Both the position numbers and the translations under genes were made by a program. The notes under the pieces are model-generated. The model worked only from the letters and a program-made list of their open reading frames with translations. It did not search any database and was not told where the DNA came from. From contig JAZSLN010000036.1 in assembly GCA_045535385.1 (NCBI GenBank), forward strand, positions 1 to 48,596: a stretch of DNA of 48,596 nucleotides, read 5' to 3'. The stretch is from Eubacteriales bacterium. Lineage in GTDB: Bacteria > Bacillota > Clostridia > Oscillospirales > CAG-382. Positions 27,645 to 36,933 of this stretch are shown here, in pieces; position 1 is the stretch's first letter; every line of letters begins with the position of its first letter.

Positions 27645-28555
27645 TAAAGCCCGGCACGGCGGAGCGCATCGCTGAAATACGCAGGCCTTGCCGCTTCAAA
27701 TGTCATTTTTTCTCCACTTATCGGGTGGATGAATGAAATATATTTCGCAAACAGACATTGACCTTCCATGCCAAGTCTGTAACGAGCGTTTCCGTATACC
27801 GTGTCGCCCGCGACGGGGTGGCCGATATGCGCCATATGAACCCTGATCTGGTGGGTTCTGCCTGTTTCGAGAGTTAATTCGAGGTGGGAATAGAGATTCC
27901 CCTCGGCAACTACGCGGTAATGCGTTGTCGCTTCTTTCGAGTTAACCTCGGTAACCGCCATTTTCTTGCGGTCGGTCTTGTGCCGTCCTATAGGAGCCGA
28001 AACCGTACCGTTTTTTTCGCGGAGATGACCGCCGACAATCGCTTCGTACTTGCGCTCGAAGGAATGAACGGCAATCTGTTCGGCGAGACCTTTGTGTGCA
28101 TCGTCTGTCTTCGCAACGATCAAAAGCCCCGACGTGTCTTTATCGATTCTGTGGACGATTCCGGGACGAATGACTCCGTTTATCGACGAAAGCCTGCCCT
28201 TGCAATGATACAAAAGAGCGTTCACAAGTGTCCCGTCGGGGTTACCCGCGGCAGGGTGAACCACCATTCCGCGCGGCTTGTCCACGACTAAAAGATATTC
28301 GTCCTCGTATATGATGTCTATCGGAATATTCTGTGGGATTGCTTCGAGCTCCTTTTCGGGCGGAAGCTCGATTTCGACGGTTTCTCCCGCTGTAAGAAGA
28401 TATTTCTTCTCGCGTTTTTTACCGTCGACGGTAAGTAAGCCTTCGGAAATAAGCTCCTGCGCGCGAGCACGGCTTATTTCGAAAACCTTTGCCGAAAAAG
28501 CGTCCAAACGTAATTTTTCGGAAGCATCCTGCTCGGTAACGATATATTTATCCAT
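27644..28555 (-). CDS. rluD: 23S rRNA pseudouridine synthase, RluA/RluD family
   Basis: 303 aa. N-terminal S4 domain and the catalytic motif VHRIDKDTSGLLIVAK. Confidence 0.9.
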   Translation of the reverse strand: MDKYIVTEQDASEKLRLDAFSAKVFEISRARAQELISEGLLTVDGKKREKKYLLTAGETVEIELPPEKELEAIPQNIPIDIIYEDEYLLVVDKPRGMVVHPAAGNPDGTLVNALLYHCKGRLSSINGVIRPGIVHRIDKDTSGLLIVAKTDDAHKGLAEQIAVHSFERKYEAIVGGHLREKNGTVSAPIGRHKTDRKKMAVTEVNSKEATTHYRVVAEGNLYSHLELTLETGRTHQIRVHMAHIGHPVAGDTVYGNARYRLGMEGQCLFAKYISFIHPISGEKMTFEAARPAYFSDALRRAGL

Positions 28556-29165
28556 TTTCGGCTACATCCTCAGCAGTCGCATTTACGCTTTCCTCGGCCG
28601 TTTCTTCAACCGTTTCTTCGGTTGCTTCCTCGACAGGTTCTTCGGTTGCGATTTCTTCGGGATTTTCGGGTGCAGACTCGGATTTGATACGCGCTTCGAC
28701 CTTAGCGTCGAGGAAGATCACGTAGACAGCGAGAAGCACCGCGCCGACGGTAACAAAACAATCGGCAACGTTGAAAATCGGGAACTTTATAAAGTCCGTC
28801 TTGAGAAAATCGACAACGTATCCCAAACGGAAACGGTCGATCATATTACCGATCGCTCCTCCGAGAATCATCGACAAAGCGATATTCATGAGCGGATGAC
28901 GCTTGTAAAACTTGATAAGAATATAAACTATCAAAGCCATTGCGGCGAGGGAGATGCCGAGTAAAACGACTCTCTGCCATCCGCCGTCGTTGAGGATCGA
29001 AAAACCGCCGCCTTTGTTTTCGGCATAGGAAAGCGAGAGAACGTGGGGAATGAATCCCTGCGTCCAATCGCTGATTCCGTTAACGGGGTTTGCCGCTTGA
29101 ACGACAAAATATTTCGTGATCTGGTCGGAAACTACCGCCAAAATTACAATAATTATCGCTAACAT
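28548..29165 (-). CDS. lspA: Lipoprotein signal peptidase II (with a ~50-aa acidic C-terminal tail)
   Basis: AENKGGGFS, GGAIGNMIDR and FNVADCFVTVG are LspA motifs. The tail reads PEEIATEEPVEEATEETVEETAEES. Confidence 0.9.
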   Translation of the reverse strand: MLAIIIVILAVVSDQITKYFVVQAANPVNGISDWTQGFIPHVLSLSYAENKGGGFSILNDGGWQRVVLLGISLAAMALIVYILIKFYKRHPLMNIALSMILGGAIGNMIDRFRLGYVVDFLKTDFIKFPIFNVADCFVTVGAVLLAVYVIFLDAKVEARIKSESAPENPEEIATEEPVEEATEETVEETAEESVNATAEDVAENG

Positions 29166-31963
29166 ACTGCTTTACGGCAACGTGCACAGAGATGCTGACC
29201 GTCTTCATCGGCGGTGCAATCGTTCTTGTGCATCCAGCAACGTACGCACTTTTCACCGTCAGCAACCGAAACAGAAACGGAAATTCCGGTTTCTTCGTCG
29301 GTGTAAGCGCTTTCGGGAGCGTTTTCGGACGAAAGGGAAGCCTTGCTTACGATGAATATTTCGGGAAGAATAGATTCAAATTCGGCAAAGAGCTTGAATG
29401 TATCGCTTTCGGACTTAGCGTATATAACAACGCTTGCCTCGAGAGATTTACCGATGATCTTATCCGCACGTGCGATCTCGAGCGCCTTCATAACTCCGTC
29501 GCGGAGGTTGAAGAGTGCTTCGTATTTAGCCTCGATATCCGAGAAGTCGAGCTTTTCGTCAAATTCGGGCATACGGTTAAGGAATACGCTCTCGAGGTCG
29601 TCGCCGTCTGCGTGGCACATAAAGTCCCAGGTTTCCTCAGCGGTATAGGACAAAATGGGCGCGAGAAGACGGGTGAGCGAGTTTACGATGATATACATCG
29701 CGGTCTGCGCGCTTCTGCGAGCCGCGTCGTCCTTAGTTTCACAGTAAAGTCTGTCCTTGGTGATGTCGATATAAAGCTTCGACATATCTATCGAACAGAA
29801 ATTGTGGATATCGTGGTATACGATATGGAATTGATAGGTGTCATAAGCATCACGAACTCGCTTAACGAGCTTGTTGAGACGCGAAAGAGCCCATTTGTCG
29901 ATATCGGTAAGGTTTTCTAGCGCAACCATATCCTTGTTGGGGTCGAAATCGGTCTCGGGTGAGCCGAGGTTAGCGAGAAGGATACGCAACGTATTTCTGA
30001 GCTTGCGGTAGGATTCCGAAAGCTGCTTGAAGATCTCTTTAGAACAACGTACGTCCGCATGATAGTCGGAGGATGCCGCCCAGAGACGAAGGATATCCGC
30101 GCCGAAATCCTTAATAAGATCGGCGGGGTCAACACCGTTGCCGAGACTCTTGTGCATCGCACGTCCCTGACCGTCAACGACCCAGCCGTGAGTCAATACC
30201 TGCTTGAAGGGAGCGCCCTTATCAAGCGCGCCTACCGAGGTAAGAAGGCTCGACTGGAACCAACCGCGGTACTGGTCTGCGCCTTCAAGATATACGTCCG
30301 CAGGCCAAAGATCGGGGGTGTCCTTCATAAGAGAAGCAAAATGGGTGGAGCCGGAGTCGAACCAACAGTCGAGGGTGTCGGTCTCCTTCTCAAAACTCTT
30401 GCCGTTACAGTGCGGGCAGGTGAAGTTTTCGGGAATAAGCTCTTCTGCGCTGAGCTCGAACCAGATATTAGAACCGTGCTCGTTGAAGAGCTCGGAGATT
30501 TTTGCGATAGATTCGGGGGTGGAAATGGGCTTGCCGCAATCCTTACAGTAAAATACGGGAATGGGAAGGCCCCAACGGCGTTGACGGGAAATACACCAAT
30601 CGGCTCTTTCGCGGATCATGCTTATCATTCTGTCTTCGCCCCAAGCGGGATACCATTGAACGTTCTCGATAGCCTTTATTGCCTGATCCTTGAAGGATTC
30701 GACAGAGCAGAACCATTGGGGAGTCGCACGGAAGATGACCGGCTTTTTGCAACGGTCGTGGTGGGGATAGGAGTGCATTATGCTTTCGGATGCGAAAAGT
30801 GCGCCCGATTCTCTCATATCCTCTAAAATAATGGGGTTGGATTCCTCGGTTTTGAGACCTGCATATTTTCCTGCATAATCGGTGTGTCTGCCGTAATCGT
30901 CAACGGGAACGACAAGATCCATACCGTAACGCATACAGGTCTGGTAGTCGTCGGCACCGAAGCCGGGAGCGGTGTGTACGCATCCCGTACCGCTGTCCAT
31001 GGTAACGTATTCGGCGTTAACCAAGCGGGAGGTCTTATCCAGGAAGGGGTGAACGGCTATCATATTCTCGAAGAATTCTCCGGGGAATGTAGCTAAAATC
31101 TCGTAATTTTCAAATCCGCCGAGCTTCATTGTTTTTTCGGCGAGTGCTTCTGCCATAATATAGGTTTCGCCGTTTTCTGCCTTTATGAGAGCATAGCTTT
31201 CGCGGGGATGCAGACAGATCGCCATATTACCGGGAAGAGTCCAGATAGTGGTGGTCCAAATGACGAAATAGGTATTTTCAAGGTAGAATTCGTTGAGCTT
31301 GCCCTGATCGTCCTTCATTTTGAACTTGACGTAAACGGAGGTACAGGGGTCGTCATGATATTCTATATCGGCTTCGGCAACGGCGGTAGCACAGAAGGGA
31401 CACCAGGTTACGGGCTTGAGACCCTTGTAAATGTAGCCCTTATCGAACATGGCGCCGAAGATTTTAACTTCCTGCGCTTCGAAGTGCTTGTCCATAGTAC
31501 GGTAAGGAGCGTCCCAATCACCTACAACGCCGAGACGTCTGAAGCCGGACATCTGCTTCTGGATAAAGTCCTCTGCGAAATCCTCGCACGCCTTTCTGAA
31601 TTCGGGGACGGACATATCCTTATTCAAATCCTTTTTGGATTTTTCAATAGCTCTTTCAATAGGAAGACCGTGGTTATCCCAACCGGGAACGTAAGGGGTG
31701 TAATATCCGCTCATTGCTTTGGATTTTACGATAAAATCCTTCAAAACCTTGTTAAGAGCGTGGCCCATGTGGATGTAACCGTTAGAAAAGGGAGGGCCGT
31801 CGTGCAATACGAAAGCGGGGTTTCCTTCATTCTTTTCCAAAATCTTTTTGTAAAGCTGCTGATCGTTCCAGCGCTCAAGCATTACGGGTTCCTTCGAGGG
31901 AAGGTTTGCTCTCATAGGATAATCCGTAGAGGGCAAATTGAGTGTATCCTTATAATCTTTCAT
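29159..31963 (-). CDS. ileS: Isoleucyl-tRNA synthetase
   Basis: 934 aa. PFSNGYIHMGHAL (HIGH), a KMSKS-like HKSLGN, and C-terminal zinc-finger cysteines (CVRCW...CARC). Confidence 0.95.
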   Translation of the reverse strand: MKDYKDTLNLPSTDYPMRANLPSKEPVMLERWNDQQLYKKILEKNEGNPAFVLHDGPPFSNGYIHMGHALNKVLKDFIVKSKAMSGYYTPYVPGWDNHGLPIERAIEKSKKDLNKDMSVPEFRKACEDFAEDFIQKQMSGFRRLGVVGDWDAPYRTMDKHFEAQEVKIFGAMFDKGYIYKGLKPVTWCPFCATAVAEADIEYHDDPCTSVYVKFKMKDDQGKLNEFYLENTYFVIWTTTIWTLPGNMAICLHPRESYALIKAENGETYIMAEALAEKTMKLGGFENYEILATFPGEFFENMIAVHPFLDKTSRLVNAEYVTMDSGTGCVHTAPGFGADDYQTCMRYGMDLVVPVDDYGRHTDYAGKYAGLKTEESNPIILEDMRESGALFASESIMHSYPHHDRCKKPVIFRATPQWFCSVESFKDQAIKAIENVQWYPAWGEDRMISMIRERADWCISRQRRWGLPIPVFYCKDCGKPISTPESIAKISELFNEHGSNIWFELSAEELIPENFTCPHCNGKSFEKETDTLDCWFDSGSTHFASLMKDTPDLWPADVYLEGADQYRGWFQSSLLTSVGALDKGAPFKQVLTHGWVVDGQGRAMHKSLGNGVDPADLIKDFGADILRLWAASSDYHADVRCSKEIFKQLSESYRKLRNTLRILLANLGSPETDFDPNKDMVALENLTDIDKWALSRLNKLVKRVRDAYDTYQFHIVYHDIHNFCSIDMSKLYIDITKDRLYCETKDDAARRSAQTAMYIIVNSLTRLLAPILSYTAEETWDFMCHADGDDLESVFLNRMPEFDEKLDFSDIEAKYEALFNLRDGVMKALEIARADKIIGKSLEASVVIYAKSESDTFKLFAEFESILPEIFIVSKASLSSENAPESAYTDEETGISVSVSVADGEKCVRCWMHKNDCTADEDGQHLCARCRKAVC

Positions 31964-31989
31964 AATTTGCGCGTTTAAGGCGGAGCCGA

Positions 31990-32787
31990 TTATTCGGTTT
32001 CGCCGTCTCCCATCATAAATTTAAGATATTCATCTTCTGCCTTCTTTGCCTGCTTGCGTGATTCGGGCAGAACCTCTTCTTCGGCTTCGGGTATCGGTTC
32101 CAAAACGAGCTCGTTGCTCTCTTCGGTTGTTTCGGGAGTGCCAAAGGTCAACTCTTCGATAACTTTGTTTTCTTCCTCAACGACCTCTTGGGTTTCCTCG
32201 GGTTCTTCGATGATAACCGGCTGTTCCTTGAGCTCGCGAACGTTTTTGCGGCGTTCGGTCTCGGCTTCGATCCTCGTTTTAACGTCGTTGAATATTCCGG
32301 CAACAAGCGCGTCATCGTTGGGGAACACAATGTCCTCGATCTCGTTTACGCTCAAATCCTTGAGCTCTTCTATATGGTTGGCGTAAAGCTCATAAACCTG
32401 CTTCTTGAAGTCGATAATGCGGGTACGCATTACCCAAGCCTTTTCCTTTTCCGACTGAAGCTGTTGACGGAATTCGGCGATAACACCGTCGCAACGGTCT
32501 TTGATCGCGCCCGTGATGATGTCAGCGCGGTCGTTCGCGTCGGCAATGATCTTCTCCGCCATTTTTTGCGCAGCAATAAGAGTGCTTCTTATAGATTCTT
32601 CTTCGTCTTTTATTTCATCAAGATTTGTAACAACGATTCTGAGCTTGCGTTCGAGCTCGCTGTTTTCACGGTATATCTCGGTGTATTTTTCGAGAACGAA
32701 TTCCAAATATTCGTCAACCTCCTGAGGGTTGTAGCCCTTGAAGGTTTTCTGGAACTGTTTGTTTTTTAGTTCGTGCGGTGCTAACAT
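31990..32787 (-). CDS. divIVA: DivIVA-domain cell-division protein
   Basis: LAPHELKNKQFQKTFKGYNPQEVDEYLEFV is a DivIVA N-terminus, followed by coiled coil and an acidic tail. It lies upstream of ileS, as in B. subtilis. Confidence 0.85.
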   Translation of the reverse strand: MLAPHELKNKQFQKTFKGYNPQEVDEYLEFVLEKYTEIYRENSELERKLRIVVTNLDEIKDEEESIRSTLIAAQKMAEKIIADANDRADIITGAIKDRCDGVIAEFRQQLQSEKEKAWVMRTRIIDFKKQVYELYANHIEELKDLSVNEIEDIVFPNDDALVAGIFNDVKTRIEAETERRKNVRELKEQPVIIEEPEETQEVVEEENKVIEELTFGTPETTEESNELVLEPIPEAEEEVLPESRKQAKKAEDEYLKFMMGDGETE

Positions 32788-32917
32788 CGCGAAAACTTCC
32801 TTTCATGTAATATATATTTCGGGTGATTATTTTCAAATTCAGGACGGCCGATGTTCGGTTTTGTCTGTGCCGTCAAAAGACAAAGCCCAAAAGCACTACA
32901 CCAACCGATTTTTTCGG

Positions 32918-33241
32918 TTATATGGGTAGTGCGGTCTGAACAAGTATTATAATAAGGCTGGTCGCCATAAACGAAAAGTCTATCGGTGATTCTTCGAGCG
33001 CAGGAATCTTCGCTAAAAGAACTCGGACGGGATAAACCACCGGCTCGGTAACGACCGAACAGAAGGTTAAAATAAACGAGGGCGATTCCTCGTCGGCAAA
33101 CATCCCGAGAACTGCACGAATAAGCAAAAGCCACATAAGCGCACTAAGGAAAACATAGACTGTTCGCGTGGTTAAAAATAAAAGCTGTTCCAAAAATGAC
33201 ACTCCGTAGCGAACGGAAAAGCTTTGCCGCGCCGAAAGCAC
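32918..33241 (-). CDS. YggT-family membrane protein
   Basis: ~100-aa protein with two hydrophobic segments, between sepF and divIVA (the ylmG position). The start codon is uncertain. Confidence 0.65.
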   Translation of the reverse strand: MLSARQSFSVRYGVSFLEQLLFLTTRTVYVFLSALMWLLLIRAVLGMFADEESPSFILTFCSVVTEPVVYPVRVLLAKIPALEESPIDFSFMATSLIIILVQTALPI

Positions 33242-33343
33242 AAATAATGCTTCCGGCGGGCGCAGAGTTCCTTAGGTTTAATATAAAACGGTTTCCGAAA
33301 TCGGTATCACGTTATATATTATTGTTTTTCCGATAAAAAGAAA

Positions 33344-33811
33344 TTAACGGAAGAGTTCCTTGGGCTTGATAGCCTGGTCTTCGGTAGCCTGGTCAGCAGG
33401 AGCCTGGTCTCCGGAAACGTCAACGTTCTTAGGAGTAACTACGTATGTAGCGTTTGCAACCTTTTTAACCTGACCGTCGATAGCGAAAACAACACCGCAA
33501 AGGAAGTCGATGATTCTCTTTGTGGTTTCCTTGTTGGTTTCTTCAAGGTTGAGTACAACGGTACGTCTTGCGAGGAGATGCTCGCCGATAGCACGAACCT
33601 CGTCGAAGCGTTCGGGCTTAACGACCTTCATTTCAAGAGCGGCGCCGGAGGAGATTCCGCCGGTGGATCTGGAAACGGGTGCTGCTTTGGGAGCGGGAGC
33701 AGGAGCGGGAGCTACTGCTTCGTCCTCGTCTTCGTATTCTTCAAATTCTTCGTTTTCGTCGAAATCTTCGTTGCTGTTGAAGAGATCGCCTAAGCGGTTC
33801 ATAAGTCCCAT
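33344..33811 (-). CDS. sepF: Cell-division protein SepF
   Basis: 155 aa. The conserved C-terminal domain reads VVKPERFDEVRAIGEHLLARRTVVLNLEE...IDFLCGVVFAIDGQVKKV. Confidence 0.88.
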   Translation of the reverse strand: MGLMNRLGDLFNSNEDFDENEEFEEYEDEDEAVAPAPAPAPKAAPVSRSTGGISSGAALEMKVVKPERFDEVRAIGEHLLARRTVVLNLEETNKETTKRIIDFLCGVVFAIDGQVKKVANATYVVTPKNVDVSGDQAPADQATEDQAIKPKELFR

Positions 33812-33839
33812 AATGTGCCTCCAATGTTTTAATTTTCAT

Positions 33840-34517
33840 TTATTTATAAATTCTTTTTCCGAAGATAGAACTGCCTACACGAACGAGTGTAGAACCGCAT
33901 TCGGCTGCGGTAAGATAATCGTCGCTCATACCGAGCGATAAAATATCCATAATACTATTATCTACATTTTTGCGTGATATGTCAATAAATATTTTCTTCA
34001 TTTCTAAAAAATATTCGCTATTATTGCCTCCGTTTACGCATTTCGGCGGAATTGCCATTAATCCGCGGAGCTTCAAATGGGGCAAAGAGGTCAGAAATTG
34101 ACAAAACTCATCTGCTTTTTCGGGGCAGACTCCAGATTTTGTTTCTTCGTTGCCGATATTAACCTCGGCGAGGATCGGCATAACGATTCCGTGCTTCGCC
34201 GCCTGCCGTTCGATTTCGAGCGCGAGCGATTCGCGGTCTACCGATTGTATCATATCGACCTTGTCGATTATATATTTTACTTTGTTTGTCTGCAATGCGC
34301 CGATAAAGTGGAGCTCGGTCTTGCTTCTGTCGATGTATTCGTATTTTTCCAAAAGCTCGTTGACGCGGTTTTCGCCGATAAGGTCGATGCCGCAGGACAA
34401 CGCGAAATTGATCATTTCGGGCGGTATCGTTTTCGTGGCGGCAAGAAGCCGTGCACGTCCGCCAAGCTCGTTTTTTATTCGTTCGATATTTTCGGCGACC
34501 TGTTTTTCGGTGTTCAT
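33840..34517 (-). CDS. yggS: YggS-family pyridoxal-phosphate homeostasis protein
   Basis: 225 aa. LLAATKT contains the PLP lysine. HFIGALQTNKVK and SLGMSDDY are also present. Confidence 0.9.
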   Translation of the reverse strand: MNTEKQVAENIERIKNELGGRARLLAATKTIPPEMINFALSCGIDLIGENRVNELLEKYEYIDRSKTELHFIGALQTNKVKYIIDKVDMIQSVDRESLALEIERQAAKHGIVMPILAEVNIGNEETKSGVCPEKADEFCQFLTSLPHLKLRGLMAIPPKCVNGGNNSEYFLEMKKIFIDISRKNVDNSIMDILSLGMSDDYLTAAECGSTLVRVGSSIFGKRIYK

Positions 34518-34533
34518 TGATAGCCTCGCAAAA

Positions 34534-35901
34534 TCAGTTGAGCCTCATTCCGTCGTACAGCCCTTCGCCTTCGGTAACAACCGCATCGTGGAGCGAAAGC
34601 CGTGTCGGGGAAGTGTAGGTAAGGTCTTTACGGTCGGGGTAAGCGGGGTTTTTCGGCAGCGCGCATACGGAATAGCTTCCGTAGTTGTAAAGGATATCGG
34701 TCTCTTTGAAGACGACCTTGGAGCCGACTACTACGAAAACTCCCGTTTTTCCGTCCACCATACGGAGCGAATCGTTGTGAATACGTATTCCCTCGTACTT
34801 GGCGTGGGCGAGCTCGACCGTTTGACAACGGGAATAGTCGAACCCGGCGGGCATTCGCTTCGAGCTGAAGATCAGAACCGTCATATCCTTGTCGCTTCGG
34901 GGCAGTCTTCGTTCGAGCTTCATGGTAAGCTCGGTGTTGTTCGAATATTGGAAGGTTATCGGATAACTGCTTCCGTCGCGATAGGTTTCCGCCGTGCGTT
35001 TGTCAAGCGCGAGCGCGATATACCAGGTCGAACCGATAACGATTTTTCCCGCGGATGAGTTGATGATCGATTCATCGGGGGTCGCGTCCGAGAGAAAATC
35101 AAACTCGTCGCTCGTGAGATTTTCCAGACGTTCGAGAGTGAATTGGTTTTCGTATCCGTCGACGGTTGCGTAAAAATAACCGCTTTCGGGAGATTGTGTG
35201 GTAAAGCTTGCACCCGAGAGCGTCGCGGAAAGGCTTTCACGTTCCTTTGAAAGGCTGGCGATCTCCGCCGTATAGCTTTCGGAATTGATAAGCGCCTGAC
35301 GGCGGTTCATCAGAATCAAAAGCTCTTCCTTTTCACGTCTTACCTTATCGAAATTATTGAGGTCGGATTGACGTATGATCGAAAGAACGAGCTCGTCGAT
35401 CTGGCTGTCAAGAAGCGTGATGTTGGTGGTGGAAGCACCGGTCGAGAGACTGCTTCGGTTGAGAATGTCGAGACGTGTGTCGATTTCGTTGATCCTTTCA
35501 CGGATCTTCACGTCGTTCGGGTCGGAATAGGTGATGGCGATGTCCTGACCCTTTCTGACCTTTTCGCCGTCGACTGCGAGGAAGCAATGGGTGCCGTCCG
35601 CGCCGGAAGCGACAGTCTTTTCGTCGCGGAATAAGAAGGCATCGACCTCTGTGCGGTCGGTAATACTTGCGTAGGCGGCGGCTTCGGTTTCGATAAACGC
35701 GCCGACGTTAAGCATTAATTGGAGGAAAATATAGGAAACTATCGCTACGGAAATTATCGCCGTGCCGAACTGAGCAAAGAACCTTTTTGCGAAAACAATA
35801 AAACGGTCGGTTTTAGAGCCCTTGGGCGCAAAGCCTTTTGTCGTAGCGACCGATGAGGTCTTCTTTTTGGGCGCGACGCTTGTGTTTTTCTTTTCGCTCA
35901 T
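34534..35901 (-). CDS. Membrane-anchored HlyD-like (barrel-sandwich/coiled-coil) protein
   Basis: 455 aa. Basic N-terminus, one TM segment (GTAIISVAIVSYIFLQLML), a lipoyl-like segment (VDGEKVRKGQDIAI) and a coiled-coil region. The family assignment is tentative. Confidence 0.5.
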   Translation of the reverse strand: MSEKKNTSVAPKKKTSSVATTKGFAPKGSKTDRFIVFAKRFFAQFGTAIISVAIVSYIFLQLMLNVGAFIETEAAAYASITDRTEVDAFLFRDEKTVASGADGTHCFLAVDGEKVRKGQDIAITYSDPNDVKIRERINEIDTRLDILNRSSLSTGASTTNITLLDSQIDELVLSIIRQSDLNNFDKVRREKEELLILMNRRQALINSESYTAEIASLSKERESLSATLSGASFTTQSPESGYFYATVDGYENQFTLERLENLTSDEFDFLSDATPDESIINSSAGKIVIGSTWYIALALDKRTAETYRDGSSYPITFQYSNNTELTMKLERRLPRSDKDMTVLIFSSKRMPAGFDYSRCQTVELAHAKYEGIRIHNDSLRMVDGKTGVFVVVGSKVVFKETDILYNYGSYSVCALPKNPAYPDRKDLTYTSPTRLSLHDAVVTEGEGLYDGMRLN

Positions 35902-35935
35902 TTTGTTTCCTCCTTTCCTTTTTATATATAGATGA

Positions 35936-36814
35936 TTATATATAGATGATTTCGTCCGCAGGCTTGCGGTTGAACCAGGTCAATTGACGTTTTGCGTATC
36001 GTCTTGTATTAAGACAGATATTTTCTTTTACTGTGTTTATATCGATCTCTCCGTCGAAATAAGGATAAAATTCCTTGTATCCTATCGCTTGCGATGCTGT
36101 CGGAGTATCGCGCAGCCCTGCTTCGACGAGTTCTTTAACCTCCTGCTCGAGTCCCGTTTCGAACATAATATCAACGCGCCTGTCGATCCGCGTATAGATA
36201 TTTTCGCGTACTTCGGGGACGAGATAGACGGTTTTGGGAGCGTATCGGCTTTCGTTTATTCGGCTTTTTCTGTCCAGTTCGGATTTCGTTTCTCCGGTTT
36301 TGTAGTAAATTTCCAGAGCGCGTACAACTCTTTTGATGTTGTTCGGGTGAATCGCATCGGCGGATTCGGGGTCGATTACTCGTAATTTGTTGTGTAATTC
36401 CTCGGCACCTATTTCTTCGGCTTCGCGGAAAAGCCTTGCGCGCAGATCACTGTCATCCTCGGTCGCCGAAAGCTCGGTTCCCGAGACGAGCGTGTCGATA
36501 TAAAGCCCTGTGCCGCCTGCAATGATCGGAAGCCTTCCGCGCGAAACGATATCGTCTATCGCGCGTTCGGCAAGGGATACAAACTTTGCCGCCGAAAACG
36601 GCTCGTCTATATCGGCGATATCGATAAGATGGTGGGGAATACCGCATTTTTCTGCTTCGGAGGGCTTCGCTGTGCCGATGTCCATCTTGCGGTAGATCTG
36701 CATAGAATCGCCGCTTATTATTTCGCCTCCGAGCTTGATAGCCTGCTCGATTGCGTATTTACTTTTACCGCTTGCCGTAGGGCCTACGACAACGAGCAGA
36801 GGTATTTTTTCCAT
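35936..36814 (-). CDS. miaA: tRNA dimethylallyltransferase
   Basis: 292 aa. P-loop VVVGPTASGKS, followed by HHLID. Confidence 0.9.
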   Translation of the reverse strand: MEKIPLLVVVGPTASGKSKYAIEQAIKLGGEIISGDSMQIYRKMDIGTAKPSEAEKCGIPHHLIDIADIDEPFSAAKFVSLAERAIDDIVSRGRLPIIAGGTGLYIDTLVSGTELSATEDDSDLRARLFREAEEIGAEELHNKLRVIDPESADAIHPNNIKRVVRALEIYYKTGETKSELDRKSRINESRYAPKTVYLVPEVRENIYTRIDRRVDIMFETGLEQEVKELVEAGLRDTPTASQAIGYKEFYPYFDGEIDINTVKENICLNTRRYAKRQLTWFNRKPADEIIYI

Positions 36815-36850
36815 AAAAAACGTTTCCGATATTACTATTATTAAGTCGAC

Positions 36851-36881
36851 ATCAGGCGCAGGAGGTATTCCTGCGCCTGAT
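36851..36881 (-). terminator. 13-bp GC-rich hairpin after the HTH-cupin-ACS gene
   Basis: ATCAGGCGCAGGA-GGTAT-TCCTGCGCCTGAT. No clear U-tract follows on either strand, so its terminator function is uncertain. Confidence 0.45.
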
Positions 36882-36933
36882 ATACTCCCAAAATAATCTT
36901 AACATATTATCGGGTAAAGTCAATGCTTTTTTA

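Noticed and set aside
32781-33134. 117-aa ORF overlapping yggT in another frame.
   Set aside because: It is Arg/Cys-rich and has no RBS. The YggT frame gives two clean TM helices in the syntenic ylmG position.
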